Part shown: in pieces, positions 10,760 to 21,261 of the stretch
Layout: the number at the start of each line of letters is the position of its first letter
How positions within the stretch are numbered: the stretch's first letter is position 1
Assembly (NCBI GenBank): GCA_024626585.2
Contig: JANKJI020000002.1
Location: 38,602,935-38,624,195 of the forward strand
Reading direction: 5' to 3'
DNA: 21,261 bases
DNA from: Ginkgo biloba
Lineage: Eukaryota; Plantae; Ginkgophyta
Program-made: the position numbers and the translations under genes
The notes under the pieces: model-generated
The model's input: only the letters and a program-made list of their open reading frames with translations
Told to the model about the DNA's origin: nothing
The model's database searches: none

Positions 10760-11850
10760 AATTAGATTGAATGAGGGGGGCTTGCCTAATCCATCTTGAG
10801 GTTTAGACTGGGGTAAGAAGGCCTTGTTTGGATTCTTGTCCTTGTTGAGGCTTCTACTCCTACTCCTGCACATGGTTGGCACCTCCTCACCTTGCCTAGG
10901 GGCACTTAGTTATTGGTGAAAGGGGCAACACCCCATAATTCAATGCCCTCCATCAAGTGACCCAACTCCATTTGGACCTTCCTTGCTTGAATTTTGATTG
11001 ATAGAGAGCAAGTTGACAAAATCATAGAATTGATATGATTAAAAATTGTATAGATAGTATGTATATTCCCAAAAGCAACATTGCATTGAGTTTTACTTTT
11101 CCCTATCCAAAATAAGACCTCCATCCTTAGAATGCGCCAGTCTTGATGGAAAGTAGTAGATCAAGGACTTAAGTCTCCAAGGAGAGCAGAATTCCAATTG
11201 AAAGGGTGAAGTAAGAAAGGAGCAACAAATTCTTTCATCCAATGCCACAAGGGCTTTGCCTAATAGCACCACCCACGAAGATGGAGAATGGTCTTAAGCT
11301 ACTAACACAGGGAACACTTATTATTAGAACCACTCATTTTTAGATTATCTTTGGTGTTATCTCTTTGTGCATTACAAATAATAAAAAAAAAGTTTTTTTG
11401 TGTTCTAAATGAGTCCTTTGAAGCCTCTCAAATCTTTGGTTCTAGACAAGTTTAGAACAAACAAGCCCCACATGGCATGGAATTTATCAAAGATATTGGC
11501 TTTGGGTTTAAGCGGAGAATAAACATGGGAAGCAAATATTTTGATCATGGCTTGAAGACATTCCAAGCCCAATCTTTCCACCAGCCCCTAGGAGGGTTGC
11601 TATTATTACAAGCTCAAAATAGTCTCGAAGCAAGATCATAATTTTTTTTAAATAAAATTTTATCTTGTTTACAAAGATTGAACTCTGCTTTAGAAGCTCC
11701 CAATCTTTCCATTTATTGGTTCCAAATTCGTAGATATCCATGAGAGTTTTAATCCCTATCCTAAAGAGCTTGATGCCATTGAACCACTTTAATTTCCCTA
11801 GACATTTATTACCATCCACGATCATGGGGGACCATGAAATGGATTAGTTT
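10760..11850 (-). mobile_element. Decayed L1-clade LINE ORF2 3' part (post-RT region, zf-RVT CCHC finger) and 3' UTR, within the putative intron
   Basis: GIKTLMDIYEFGTNKWKDWELLK (ORF 11508-11825); KCSLC**LKTILHLRGWCY*AKPLWHWMKEF (C-x2-C...H-x4-C at ~11266-11319); then NWNSALLG...DWRILRMEVLFWIG, typical of the plant LINE ORF2 C-terminus. Multiple stops; boundaries approximate. Confidence 0.75.
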
Positions 11851-13219
11851 GCAACTGAGGTCTCTTGTTGGTTCCATGCCTCTCCAATGAAGGAAGGCTT
11901 TATAGCAAGGTTGCATGGGTTTGTGGGGACAAGGGGATGCAAGGTACGGATGCGCGTCCTCAGTTTGGGCACCCTAGAAATATGGGTGTGCTAGTACATG
12001 GATACGTTTATATATATGTGTGTGTCTATGTGTGTGTAATTCTAATTTTTAATTTTTAAATAATTTAGAAACTTAGATCATTAGATTTAACATGACTTCA
12101 TTTTGATGCGAAAAATNNNNNNNNNNNNNNNNNNNNNNNNNNNNNNNNNNNNNNNNNNNNNNNNNNNNNNNNNNNNNNNNNNNNNNNNNNNNNNNNNNNN
12201 NNNNNNNNNNNNNNNNTGAAATATAAAGATGGTAGTGCAATATTTTCTTCTTCATTACTATTCAGTGGTTTGGTGTTGTAGGTACAAAAGCCACAAGGAT
12301 AGGGATCGAATTAACAAGATCCTGATTTGAGGGCTTGAGGCATCAAGAAGACCCCTCACAAGCTCTGGTGAAGGAGACCCTAAAAAGAGACCTCAACTCA
12401 ATTACTGAGGGGGATCTTTAAGCTAAAATTAAAATAAAATGTAGCTTTATTCGATGCCTACAACAAGTATGCTCACTAGACATAGCCCTCCCTCAATACT
12501 TTTGATTTCATTTTAAGAAAAGAGAGACAAGACAGATGAATTAGATGAAAAGTCTAGTTGCTTGTGGCCCAAAGCTATGTGGAGCCTTATAAGGACCTAA
12601 GAATCTAATCTAAAAAGATCAGATCAGGTATGACATTCGGGCTAAAGGGGTTTTCCCCTTGTTATATGATAGGTACGCAGGAGATTCTCCCCTTTTGGAA
12701 TCAAATTAAAAAGGCTTGATAGCTGAAACAAAAGAAAGAAAGAAATAAACATTCTTATTAAGAATTTCAAAATACAACAATGCATAAAGCTAGTGATCCT
12801 TGGAATTTTGAAAGTAGAGATATTAATAGTAGGAATCCATACCTTGATGATACGCTCTTTGAAGGAATGGAGGTCACTTGCCCCTGTTCTAGCAGGTCCT
12901 TGCCTCTCGATCACATTCTTTCGAATCTTGATCTCCCAATTGAGTATGAAGCCTCGAAATGGTGGAGTGGCTCTGAGTTCGGACAGAGGTGATGGTTAAA
13001 TATCCAAACCAAAAATATTATTTCAAATAGTAAAATATACATTGATGCAACCTAAAAATAAGACCTAAATTTTTAAACCCATACTTAACCATGATTGTCA
13101 TAATACTTACCTATGGTTGACTCAATAATAACTATTGTTGTATTAAACTTTATTTAAATGTTTCTAAATTATTAACAAATTATATTTTATGGCAATTATT
13201 TGTCATGGATATGTACTTG

Positions 13220-13380
13220 CGTGTGTGTGTATGTATATATATATATATATATATGGTTGTGTATGTACGTATGTATACGTGTGGACATAGTTACATATAA
13301 GTGTATCTTTCTCTCTACATATATGTATCTATATATGTATGTACATACATGTATACATACATATATATGTGTGTGTGTGG
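13220..13380. repeat. Compound (TG)/(TA)/(TACA) microsatellite
   Basis: GTGTGTGTGTATGTATATATATATATATATATATGG...ATATATGTATGTACATACATGTATACATACATATATATGTGTGTGTGTG. Confidence 0.9.
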
Positions 13381-13450
13381 ATATAAGAATATAATATATT
13401 TCTAAATTTATTATAAAGATATAAAACCTTAATGATTTGTTTGAGGATCA

Positions 13451-13572
13451 ATACTTGCATAAAGGCTACAAGTAATATACTTGTATGAAGGTTGCAACTA
13501 AGAGACTTTCATTAAGACTACATATAAGAAACTTATATAAAGGTTACAAGTAAGATACTTGCATACAAGTTA
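13451..13572. repeat. 26-bp minisatellite (~4.7 units) with internally palindromic unit
   Basis: ATACTTGCATAAAGGCTACAAGTAAT / ATACTTGTATGAAGGTTGCAACTAAG / AGACTTTCATTAAGACTACATATAAG / AAACTTATATAAAGGTTACAAGTAAG / ATACTTGCATACAAGTTA. Confidence 0.85.
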
Positions 13573-14877
13573 ATCAAATCACTATCACCTAATAAAATCA
13601 TGTCTATGAAAAAGGTCATTAAATGCCTTTAAGGGAGGCGCTTCAGACTAAGTATTCATAAAAGTCCCTCAAATGGTCTCATATTTGATCCTAAAATATA
13701 TTAGGTCAAGGTGCAAGTGTGCTACAGTCAGGGTAGGGAATAATTTTAGATTTATGAGACAACAAACATGTTCAAGATTAAATGCATTATTGTTACACTA
13801 TAGGCATAAAACATACCATCAAACTAACGACTAAGGAAACACTACTCTTAGGGTTCTAATCCACCTGAAATTTGGTATTAGAACCCTATAGATAGATAGT
13901 TCTAAATAAATAACTAATTGTGTATTAACATTACAGAAAATAATCCTTATAGTTATTCTAGAAATGTAAACTAAATAAGTCTAAATAAGAATTACTTACA
14001 AAAGAAGAGACAAACTAGGAGAAAGTGATCTAAGATACCTTAAAAGACACTAAGAAGTTATAATATGTCAAATTTTTTCCTTCCCAAGTGCATTGACTGA
14101 CTTGTACACAAAAACTTGTCACTCTACTAGTCNNNNNNNNNNNNNNNNNNNNNNNNNNNNNNNNNNNNNNNNNNNNNNNNNNNNNNNNNNNNNNNNNNNN
14201 NNNNNNNNNNNNNNNNNNNNNNNNNNNNNNNNCATCCAATGGCTCATATTGCATGCCATGCTCTTTATGCTAGCTTATCACATTGTAAATATGTACAAGA
14301 TATAGTACAAGCCTCATTTCAAAGACAATAGTTATACAAGGCAACCTATGGCTTGACTAGATAGGAAAAGACACATGGAGCCTGTTATGGCCCAACTTGT
14401 ACTCTATTATTTCTTATTATTATAATGACTGGATGCACATTCAAAAAAATCCAACTGTTGTCGTAGGGAGGAAAATGCTAAGTAGTCAATATAAATGATA
14501 ACATCAATTTGCAGAATTATTGGATTAAAAAAAATAATTATTTTGAATTCCATGAAATATAAGTTCATTTTAAAGAGAATTTATCATGAAATCATAGGCA
14601 ATAGAAAAAGGAGATTCATCGTTCATTCCTAGCAACATTAATAGGATCTAAGCCAAGCAAATTAGCATACTCCAAGTTGAAAACAAGTACAACTTGTCAA
14701 CCTAAATTTGATGGATTAACAAAGATTACTAATAAGTTTTCTTCTTTTATTTCCAACATTCATGTGGTAATTCACAGGGTGAATAGGGGCTAAACATTCA
14801 AATAGCTTACTAATTCTCCTTGTGGGAGTTTGCATGAAGAGCCTACTTTTGTTATGCATATAAAACCTGATTCAAAG

Positions 14878-14890
14878 TTAATGTTGCAAC
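14878..14890 (-). CDS. MurE: Probable terminal coding mini-exon of MurE (completes R, then LQH*)
   Basis: Minus strand TTATACAG|G TTG CAA CAT TAA. The phase matches the CG|GTAAGT donor 215 nt upstream, giving WRLQH* versus the usual plant WRLPESH*. An AATAAA occurs ~130 nt downstream on the minus strand. Confidence 0.55.
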
Positions 14891-15105
14891 CTGTATAACT
14901 CTCCCATGCAGTTACAAGCATAAAAGTTTTACTATTTCTTCTATTAAGAAAACATTGTCCATAATGATATTAAAAATTATAGATTTATTTCAACAACATA
15001 TTTTCTTTATGGGTTCATCATTTAAGATTCAACTTCACAACGCCGATTATGTTCAAGAAACTTTAGTTCTTGGAATAAGTTACAACATAAGAAGGGTTAA
15101 CTTAC

Positions 15106-15251
15106 CGCCAAGGAAATTCACTTGTATCAATGCCAGCTGCATGAAGAGCATCAACATACTGTAGAGCTTCTCGACACTCCTCTCTGTCATCAAAAAATTC
15201 CTTCTTGTCACCAATTATTTGATATGTCTCGTGACCTTTACCTACAATGAT
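15106..15251 (-). CDS. MurE: Penultimate exon of plastid-type MurE (UDP-N-acetylmuramoyl-L-alanyl-D-glutamate--2,6-diaminopimelate ligase homolog; PDE316/PAP11 family)
   Basis: TTGCAG|ATC...TGG CG|GTAAGT bounds 146 nt encoding [48 protein letters not shown](R). This has the Mur-ligase C-terminal GKGHE.YQ...FDD motif plus the land-plant MurE tail [27 protein letters not shown]. No stops. It is too short for the ORF track. Confidence 0.95.
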
Positions 15252-16037
15252 CTGCAATCCATGCATTGATTAGGGTTCGAATAGCATGAACTCAAAGGAA
15301 ATTTCTATAGTACAAATGAAAGCCTTCAATTATAACTATATAACTAATTCAATGTATACATTTGTTTCCATAGTAGAATAAGCATATTCACCTAGAATAC
15401 AAATAGATGAAAGATAGATGGAAATGCAAGGTCACCAAGGAATTTGCTTCCCAAATTACTTTATAGTATCCAATTTGGATAGGTATTGTGTTGCTTATTT
15501 TTTTCGTGGACAAATTACCAAAATAACAAGAGGTAAATCATACAAGTTCATAAAGGTTCCTCCTTTCATTAGGCCCCTCGTATTATATCTTTCATCAAGC
15601 GACCAATTTGAAAATTCAAATGGATGTATGGATATATCATCATGTTTATCATTGACAAGATAGTGGTAATTACACATAGATACCCAACAAGGGCCACTAC
15701 AAGCCAACTAATTGTTACACGCTCATGTCTCTGAATACTTGTAGATCCTATGTCATATTTCAACCATACAAACATTTGTCTATTTAGCATTGGTCAATTG
15801 AAATAAGCTATAGGAGTAGAAAGCCACTAAAGCATAAGTGTCTTTCAGGGATAATGTTGGACTAATATGCTAGATGCTCTACCAAAGCCCAGCTAGGAAC
15901 ATCGTACTATATGATGCCTCCCTCATACTATCTATAAGGTGCTTCCACATACTTCCATATAATTATCATCTCCTTTTATCCTTCACATTCTATATCATGA
16001 ATTTATTCACAATATTACGTGATGAAAACTTCTCAAG

Positions 16038-16212
16038 CTAAAACGTTACACATCGTATCCGACCTCAGAAGCACACATCATGGTATCTACCAAAGTTATA
16101 ATATTACACATTGTAACCCCATTATGCAATTACAAATTGTATTGTGAAGTTTACCGAAAGTTATGCTATTACACATCATAAACCCACCACATAATTGCAC
16201 ATCGGATGTTAA
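16038..16212. repeat. Degenerate ~64-bp tandem duplication (2-3 units)
   Basis: TACCAAAGTTATAATATTACACATTGTAACCCCA...AATTACA versus TACCGAAAGTTATGCTATTACACATCATAAACCCA...AATTGCA; a partial third copy (AACGTTACACATCGTA) lies upstream. Confidence 0.6.
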
Positions 16213-18066
16213 GAACCCTATAAAGATTTGTTACTTCATAGCCATACTCATATCATCATATCCAAAAGTCAACTTCGATTTATATATGTAACACTTCCAA
16301 CCATGCATTACTTGCCAATAATAAGGACATTAGTTCTCATTAACAAGCTATCAATTAATCATTAATACCCTACTTGGGGCTTCATTCATGCAATATGAAT
16401 ACTTGGGTCAAATCCTAATGCAAGATGACTTTCAAGGCATCATTAATAACCAAGAGAATGCAATCAATCCTATTAAAATATATGGGCCAACACTTAGGCT
16501 GACACCCTTTAAGGGTAATTTAATGTAAATGCTCTTGGAGGCTTATTACAACCCCTAGATCAAAACCTTATCACATGCCACTCTCTAGAAAACAGGGCAT
16601 ATGACATCACTATGTGATCATATTCAGAAAATGAAGGACAACGAGCTGCATACTGTCATAAATTCCATATGTCGTGCAATTCCATCAATGGCTATAAACC
16701 CTAAAGCTATATAGACCATGCAAGAGGAAGAAGCATTCAAAGTGTCACATGTAAGGCTTATTGTTTGGCTGTCTTTTGCCATACGATCAAGAATTGACAA
16801 GCAAAATTAGCTGCCTCTTTATAGGGGACAAACCTAAAGCCTTACAATTGCCGATAAGGCATTAAAGCATTCCAAGAACCGTGCACCATGCATACAAGCT
16901 AGAGAAATAGTAGAAGACTAGGTTTTAGATATCACCAAATATGCTCCAAGATGAAGTTGATGGATGAAGTTAAGACATGCCTTCTTGCTATGTACTCTTG
17001 AAGAAGCCCAACAAAACCCTCTCTAGGGTAGAAAATATTCTACCATGGCATGCATGTTTGATAAAAACTGAGAGAGTATATGGATATCTTCTTGAGATTG
17101 TTCATCCAAATGAGGCTTTGGGATCCCTCTTTATTTCCATTAGCCATCTATTAAAATCCCTTGCCAATTCTCATAGGAGCTGAACTCATGTGCGAAATGA
17201 TTGGACAGCTCAGGGATGGCAAAACTACGTAATGAGAATTGTTTGACAGGTGGCCAAACTTCAAATGGTCATCACTTTCTCGTTAGTTATCCCCCCTGTG
17301 TCTCACAACCACTCTTGTTAAAGGGCATGATGAGCCCCACCTCTTGGACATGCAAACTGGAGTTAAAAACATCATTTGATGCCCCATTTAGGTTGTTTTA
17401 GGCTTTTAGCAAATCAGCTCTAAAACTGCTATCTCAAGCCATTGTTGATGGTTAACTAGCCCATACTTCGTTGGTTAGTTTATTGGCTTCAAGACGAGTG
17501 GTAAAAGGGGGACATGATTAATATTTGGCAAAATTTGCAAAAAGGCTTGATTTTTTCTTCCAAATGTCATCCATGTGGCTTTAGTTGGGAAGTGTTAAAG
17601 TTCCTGCAAGATCTTACTTCATTGATTACACAATCACCTCAATGAATTGTAGTGCTTTCTTGATTTGTTGCCATGTTAGACCTCTGAATGTGATTGATTG
17701 GAGGTTATTGCGTTTGAGTTTTGCAATTTGATTGTTAGTCGCCCCAAGGTTCAATTAAGAAATGGTCACAATCCATGATTGCCATGTGCATTACATTTTC
17801 CTATTCTAGATGTTGTAGCAATAGAAAAATATATAGAAATTATTAGTCCTTTACCCATATCAAATAATTGCCATGTTTTAAATCTTGAATATAATTTTGA
17901 GTCTCAANNNNNNNNNNNNNNNNNNNNNNNNNNNNNNNNNNNNNNNNNNNNNNNNNNNNNNNNNNNNNNNNNNNNNNNNNNNNNNNNNNNNNNNNNNNNN
18001 NNNNNNNGGCACCTTTTCATAGGTGACCTATCATTAATATTAATTAATCATTTATTATAATTAATA

Positions 18067-18780
18067 ACAACACTATGGGGAATGATGGACACTAAGTTGA
18101 AGGGGAGCACTATTTTTAATCCTCAAATAGATGGGTATATGGACGATATCAATAGAAATATAATTCACTTACTTTGAGGATACAACAAGAATCATACAAA
18201 GACTTGGGATGAGAGCCTTCCCTATATTCAACATTATTATAATCAAGTGGTTCATAGTTCCAGTAGCAAATCTCTGTTAGAGATATATTTGGATTTATTG
18301 CCCCAAAATCCTTTTGATATTTCATTTATAAAATTTACATATGATAAGTCCATTGCATGGGGTGAGGATTAATAGAATTCCATCAAGTTTATGGATTGAA
18401 TTCAATAAAAACATAGGCAAGTGGAAGAGAAAAAGGCACCACATGATCAACATTGGGTTGCTCATGATTTTAAAGAGGAAGATATGATTTGGTTGCACCT
18501 TAGTAAGAAGTGGTTGTAGGGTTTAAGTAAGAAGATAAAACCCATTAGGTATAGTCCATTTAGGATCATGTAGTAAGTTAGAGAGAATGAATTTTGATTG
18601 GATCTTTTTCCATAAATGGGGATTTATTATGTGGTTAACTCAAAAAATCTAAATTTTTTCGACCCTTCCATGCTCGATGAAGATGAAGAAATTGGACCAA
18701 TATTTCCACCTATAGAGGAAATTGTACCTAATGCATCAAATGAACCAGACATGGATACCATTTTCCATGGGCTCCATAAC
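18067..18780 (+). mobile_element. Decayed Ty3/Gypsy (chromovirus-like) integrase C-terminal half with GPY/F region
   Basis: TLWGMMDTKLKGSTIFNPQIDG...IHLL*GYNKNHTKTWDESLPYIQHYYNQVVHSS; HDQHWVAHDFKEEDMIWLHLSKKWL*GLSKKIKPIRYSPFRI; MGIYYVVNSKNLNFFDPSMLDE (ORF 18616). These match consensus STAFHPQTDGQ, KLKP.RYGPF.I and VVNVENLKLFEP. Confidence 0.9.
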
Positions 18781-21261
18781 CTTAAGATTTTGCAACACAG
18801 GATCTATTTCCATCGCTTAGAGTCAGGGAAGCCTTCAGAAAGCTCCTTAATGGGAGAGGTAAAAGCAATTCGGTGAAGCACTTTTGCTTTCCCTCCAAAA
18901 TTCTGTTTATGTTATAATACATAAGTGGATTTTGGAGGGTTCTGGGAATGCTTGTGAACAAGCATCACATGATTCTCTTCCTCTACCTTGTCTTTGAGGA
19001 TTGGGAGGAGGATTGCATTTTGGTAGATATTAGTTGCTGTTATGTGCGATCTCTTGACTGTTCACAATGGCTTGCTTTACTGTCAATGGAGAACATGTAC
19101 CAAACAAAAATAGTATTTCCGCAAGGAAATTACTCTTTTGAGGTCTCTAGAGAATCTCAGGGTTTCTTTGTTGGGGCAGGACAAACATACATCAAGGGAT
19201 TTGTGGTTTTAAAAACATGCATTGGTAGTTGTTGAACTGATTGATACAGCATTTTTTTACCATTTTTAGCTAACAACTTTGGGAGAGCAAGTGGTCTGTT
19301 CATCAAAATCTCTGTGGTGAACAGATGGGTCATCAAGGAGAGCAACATCCGAATGTCCACATTTGATATACTGGTAGCCAAAAACTTCATAAAAATCTAT
19401 ATTTGCCACCTTATGATTTCACTGGGGCAAAATAATGCGAGCATATTCATTGTCCAAGGAACTTAGGCTTAGTTGTGAGGGGACTCTTGAGCTAGAGCTA
19501 TTCCTGCATCCACCCCATGGTCTACAATGATAATAATTCATTGGGGAATTCTATGTGGTTTTAAAACTAATTGTCATTGAGGTTCGAATTTCTCAATGTG
19601 TGTATATATATCTATTGTCCTCTTTAATGGATATATATGGTAGGTCTATGGAGATCCTTTATTAAAGAACCTCTACACTAATCCAAGAGGCAAATGGTTA
19701 GCATTTGCTGCAAGATGTTGGAGACTGATACAACAATCACATTTCAATTAGTGAGGAGATTAAAACAACCCAGTATGTGGTTTTCATTAGTGGACCCCAT
19801 GTGTTTTCTGAAGAACATCACCCGACCACCAACACAACAACCTAGTCTAGAGGCACCCTGCTGATATTGCATGGGGCACTGTCTTAGTATTTAGTAAAGT
19901 CCATGAAATGGCACAACTCAACCTGCACCATTTTTTGCTTCATTTTGGATCTATAGGGCACTGTTTGCCGAAATGACAGAAACAATGCCTCCTACTCAAG
20001 TAGAGTGACTAGCATAAAATAGGGGCAAAAATGCACCAACCTAGCCAAAAGTCTTTGTTTGAGGCTGGGAAAGATGAGAAAGCACCAAATTTTCTAGAAG
20101 CAATCAAGATAAGTATTGGAAACAAGGTTAGTAAACATTTATGTTGCTTCAAGGTCATTATTAAGTCTTATGTGGTGTATTTATGTTCCAAGTACAAATC
20201 GGCCATAAATTAATGTAAATTGTTTTGAGGTTACTTGGTTATGATTGGCTGAGTGCATGGATTGCTTAACGATTGGATGTCTGAGCTGGATGCCTTATTG
20301 TTTATGCTTGCAAAGGCCTAACTAATCTTTGGGCATATTTATGATGGATGGACAATGATTAAAAGACCTTTGATTAGGCCTGGATGGTTGGCTTGGATGG
20401 CCGACTTACTGGATGGATTCCTGGCACTAAGTATGGGGGATAGATTCCTAGAATCACAAGATAATGTTATGTCTGGATAGTTGGCTTAATGGCCTATGTG
20501 GGGAATCAATTCTTGAAACTACAAGTAGATTGTGGATTTTGCATAAAACTAAAAATAACACAAGGATAGGCACCTAGCCCATGTGGATGCCATGTCAAAT
20601 ACCACCCAAGCAACTAAGGACGGGTGGGATTTCACATGCAACATATGGCGATCGAGATGGGATCGTACATCCTTAGTGAAGAACCCAAGATCCATGATAA
20701 AAAAGAGTGTAAACCTACACCAGTTGTAAGTAATCTGCACACAAAAAATGAGTGAGTGAATGGGGGGTGAAAAGGGAGAAGTTCACTCGCTAGGGATGAG
20801 GAAAGGAGATACGAGTGAATAAGATAAGGANNNNNNNNNNNNNNNGGGAAATAAGAAAATTGAAACGTGAAGATTGTCGGAGGCTTGAACTCATGAGATC
20901 AAATGTTAAAAGTAATACTGTCACCATAGGGCCCAGTCCATCATCCCGCACATTGTGGAATGATGATATGGTTCCTAGCAAGAAGGGGAAAGGTGCATGA
21001 ATAGGTGTACCAGCAAGGTGCCAACTCTAGTGCATGGAGATAAATGAGAAAATTGAATAAACATCTACATGTGGGTAAAGATGACCTACATTAAACCTAT
21101 GCAAAGGGAATACAATGGACCCCACAGGTGCATGAGTAGAGTCATGATGCAAAAGAGAAAAAGTATGGCTAGCAAGAAAAAGAAGCACAAGGGAAATGAA
21201 GGAAAAGGAAAGGGTATGGAAGCAGGGAACAAGGCCTTTTCTACTCTCATTGATATGTTCT

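Noticed and set aside
11903-12060. GGGGAC/GTCC-rich patch resembling a hAT-type MITE end
   Set aside because: No partner TIR or TSD is visible before the gap.
12280-13000. Possible LINE ORF2 remnant
   Set aside because: TE-like composition, but I could not recover a convincing motif in any frame.
13451-13572. CRISPR-like array of palindromic repeats
   Set aside because: The units are head-to-tail without unique spacers, no cas genes are present, and the context is eukaryotic.
15106-15251. Bacterial contamination or recent horizontal transfer of murE
   Set aside because: It is flanked by GT-AG spliceosomal sites and carries the land-plant-specific tail, so it is the nuclear gene of endosymbiotic origin.
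16370-17760. Possible Gypsy gag remnant or upstream MurE exons
   Set aside because: Only faint gag-like wording; no match to the expected preceding MurE exon (LHDIRRVAVR.AVAMGE) on the minus strand.
20230-21261. Degenerate GGATGG repeats and purine-rich LTR/UTR-like sequence
   Set aside because: Probably retroelement non-coding sequence, but boundaries and family cannot be supported.

Overview
This is AT-rich eukaryotic DNA, very likely from a large plant (gymnosperm-like) genome, with many N runs. Five of these are exactly 100 N (1254-1353, 10233-10332, 12117-12216, 14133-14232, 17908-18007), probably unsized scaffold joins. Most of the window is decayed retroelement debris: a Ty1/Copia gag-protease (1-996, -), two Ty3/Gypsy integrase remnants (~1600-2190 -, ~18067-18780 +), two diverged copies of one LTR (~2253-2842, ~7155-7873) and L1-type LINE pieces (ORF1 ~2926-3373 -, ORF2 3' end ~10760-11850 -). 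Two host-gene pieces stand out. One is a CpG-rich first coding exon on + (9352-9555) resembling the N-terminus of ULP1C/D (OTS-type) SUMO proteases. The other, missed by the ORF track, is the 3' end of a plastid-type MurE peptidoglycan-ligase gene on - (exon 15106-15251 plus a probable mini terminal exon 14878-14890). The MurE piece lies antisense in what should be intron of the SUMO-protease gene and has two deviations at conserved positions. Several hairpins and minisatellites are also present. I see no convincing wholly new system; the MurE/SUMO-protease arrangement is the best lead. Family assignments are from motif recall, not database searches.
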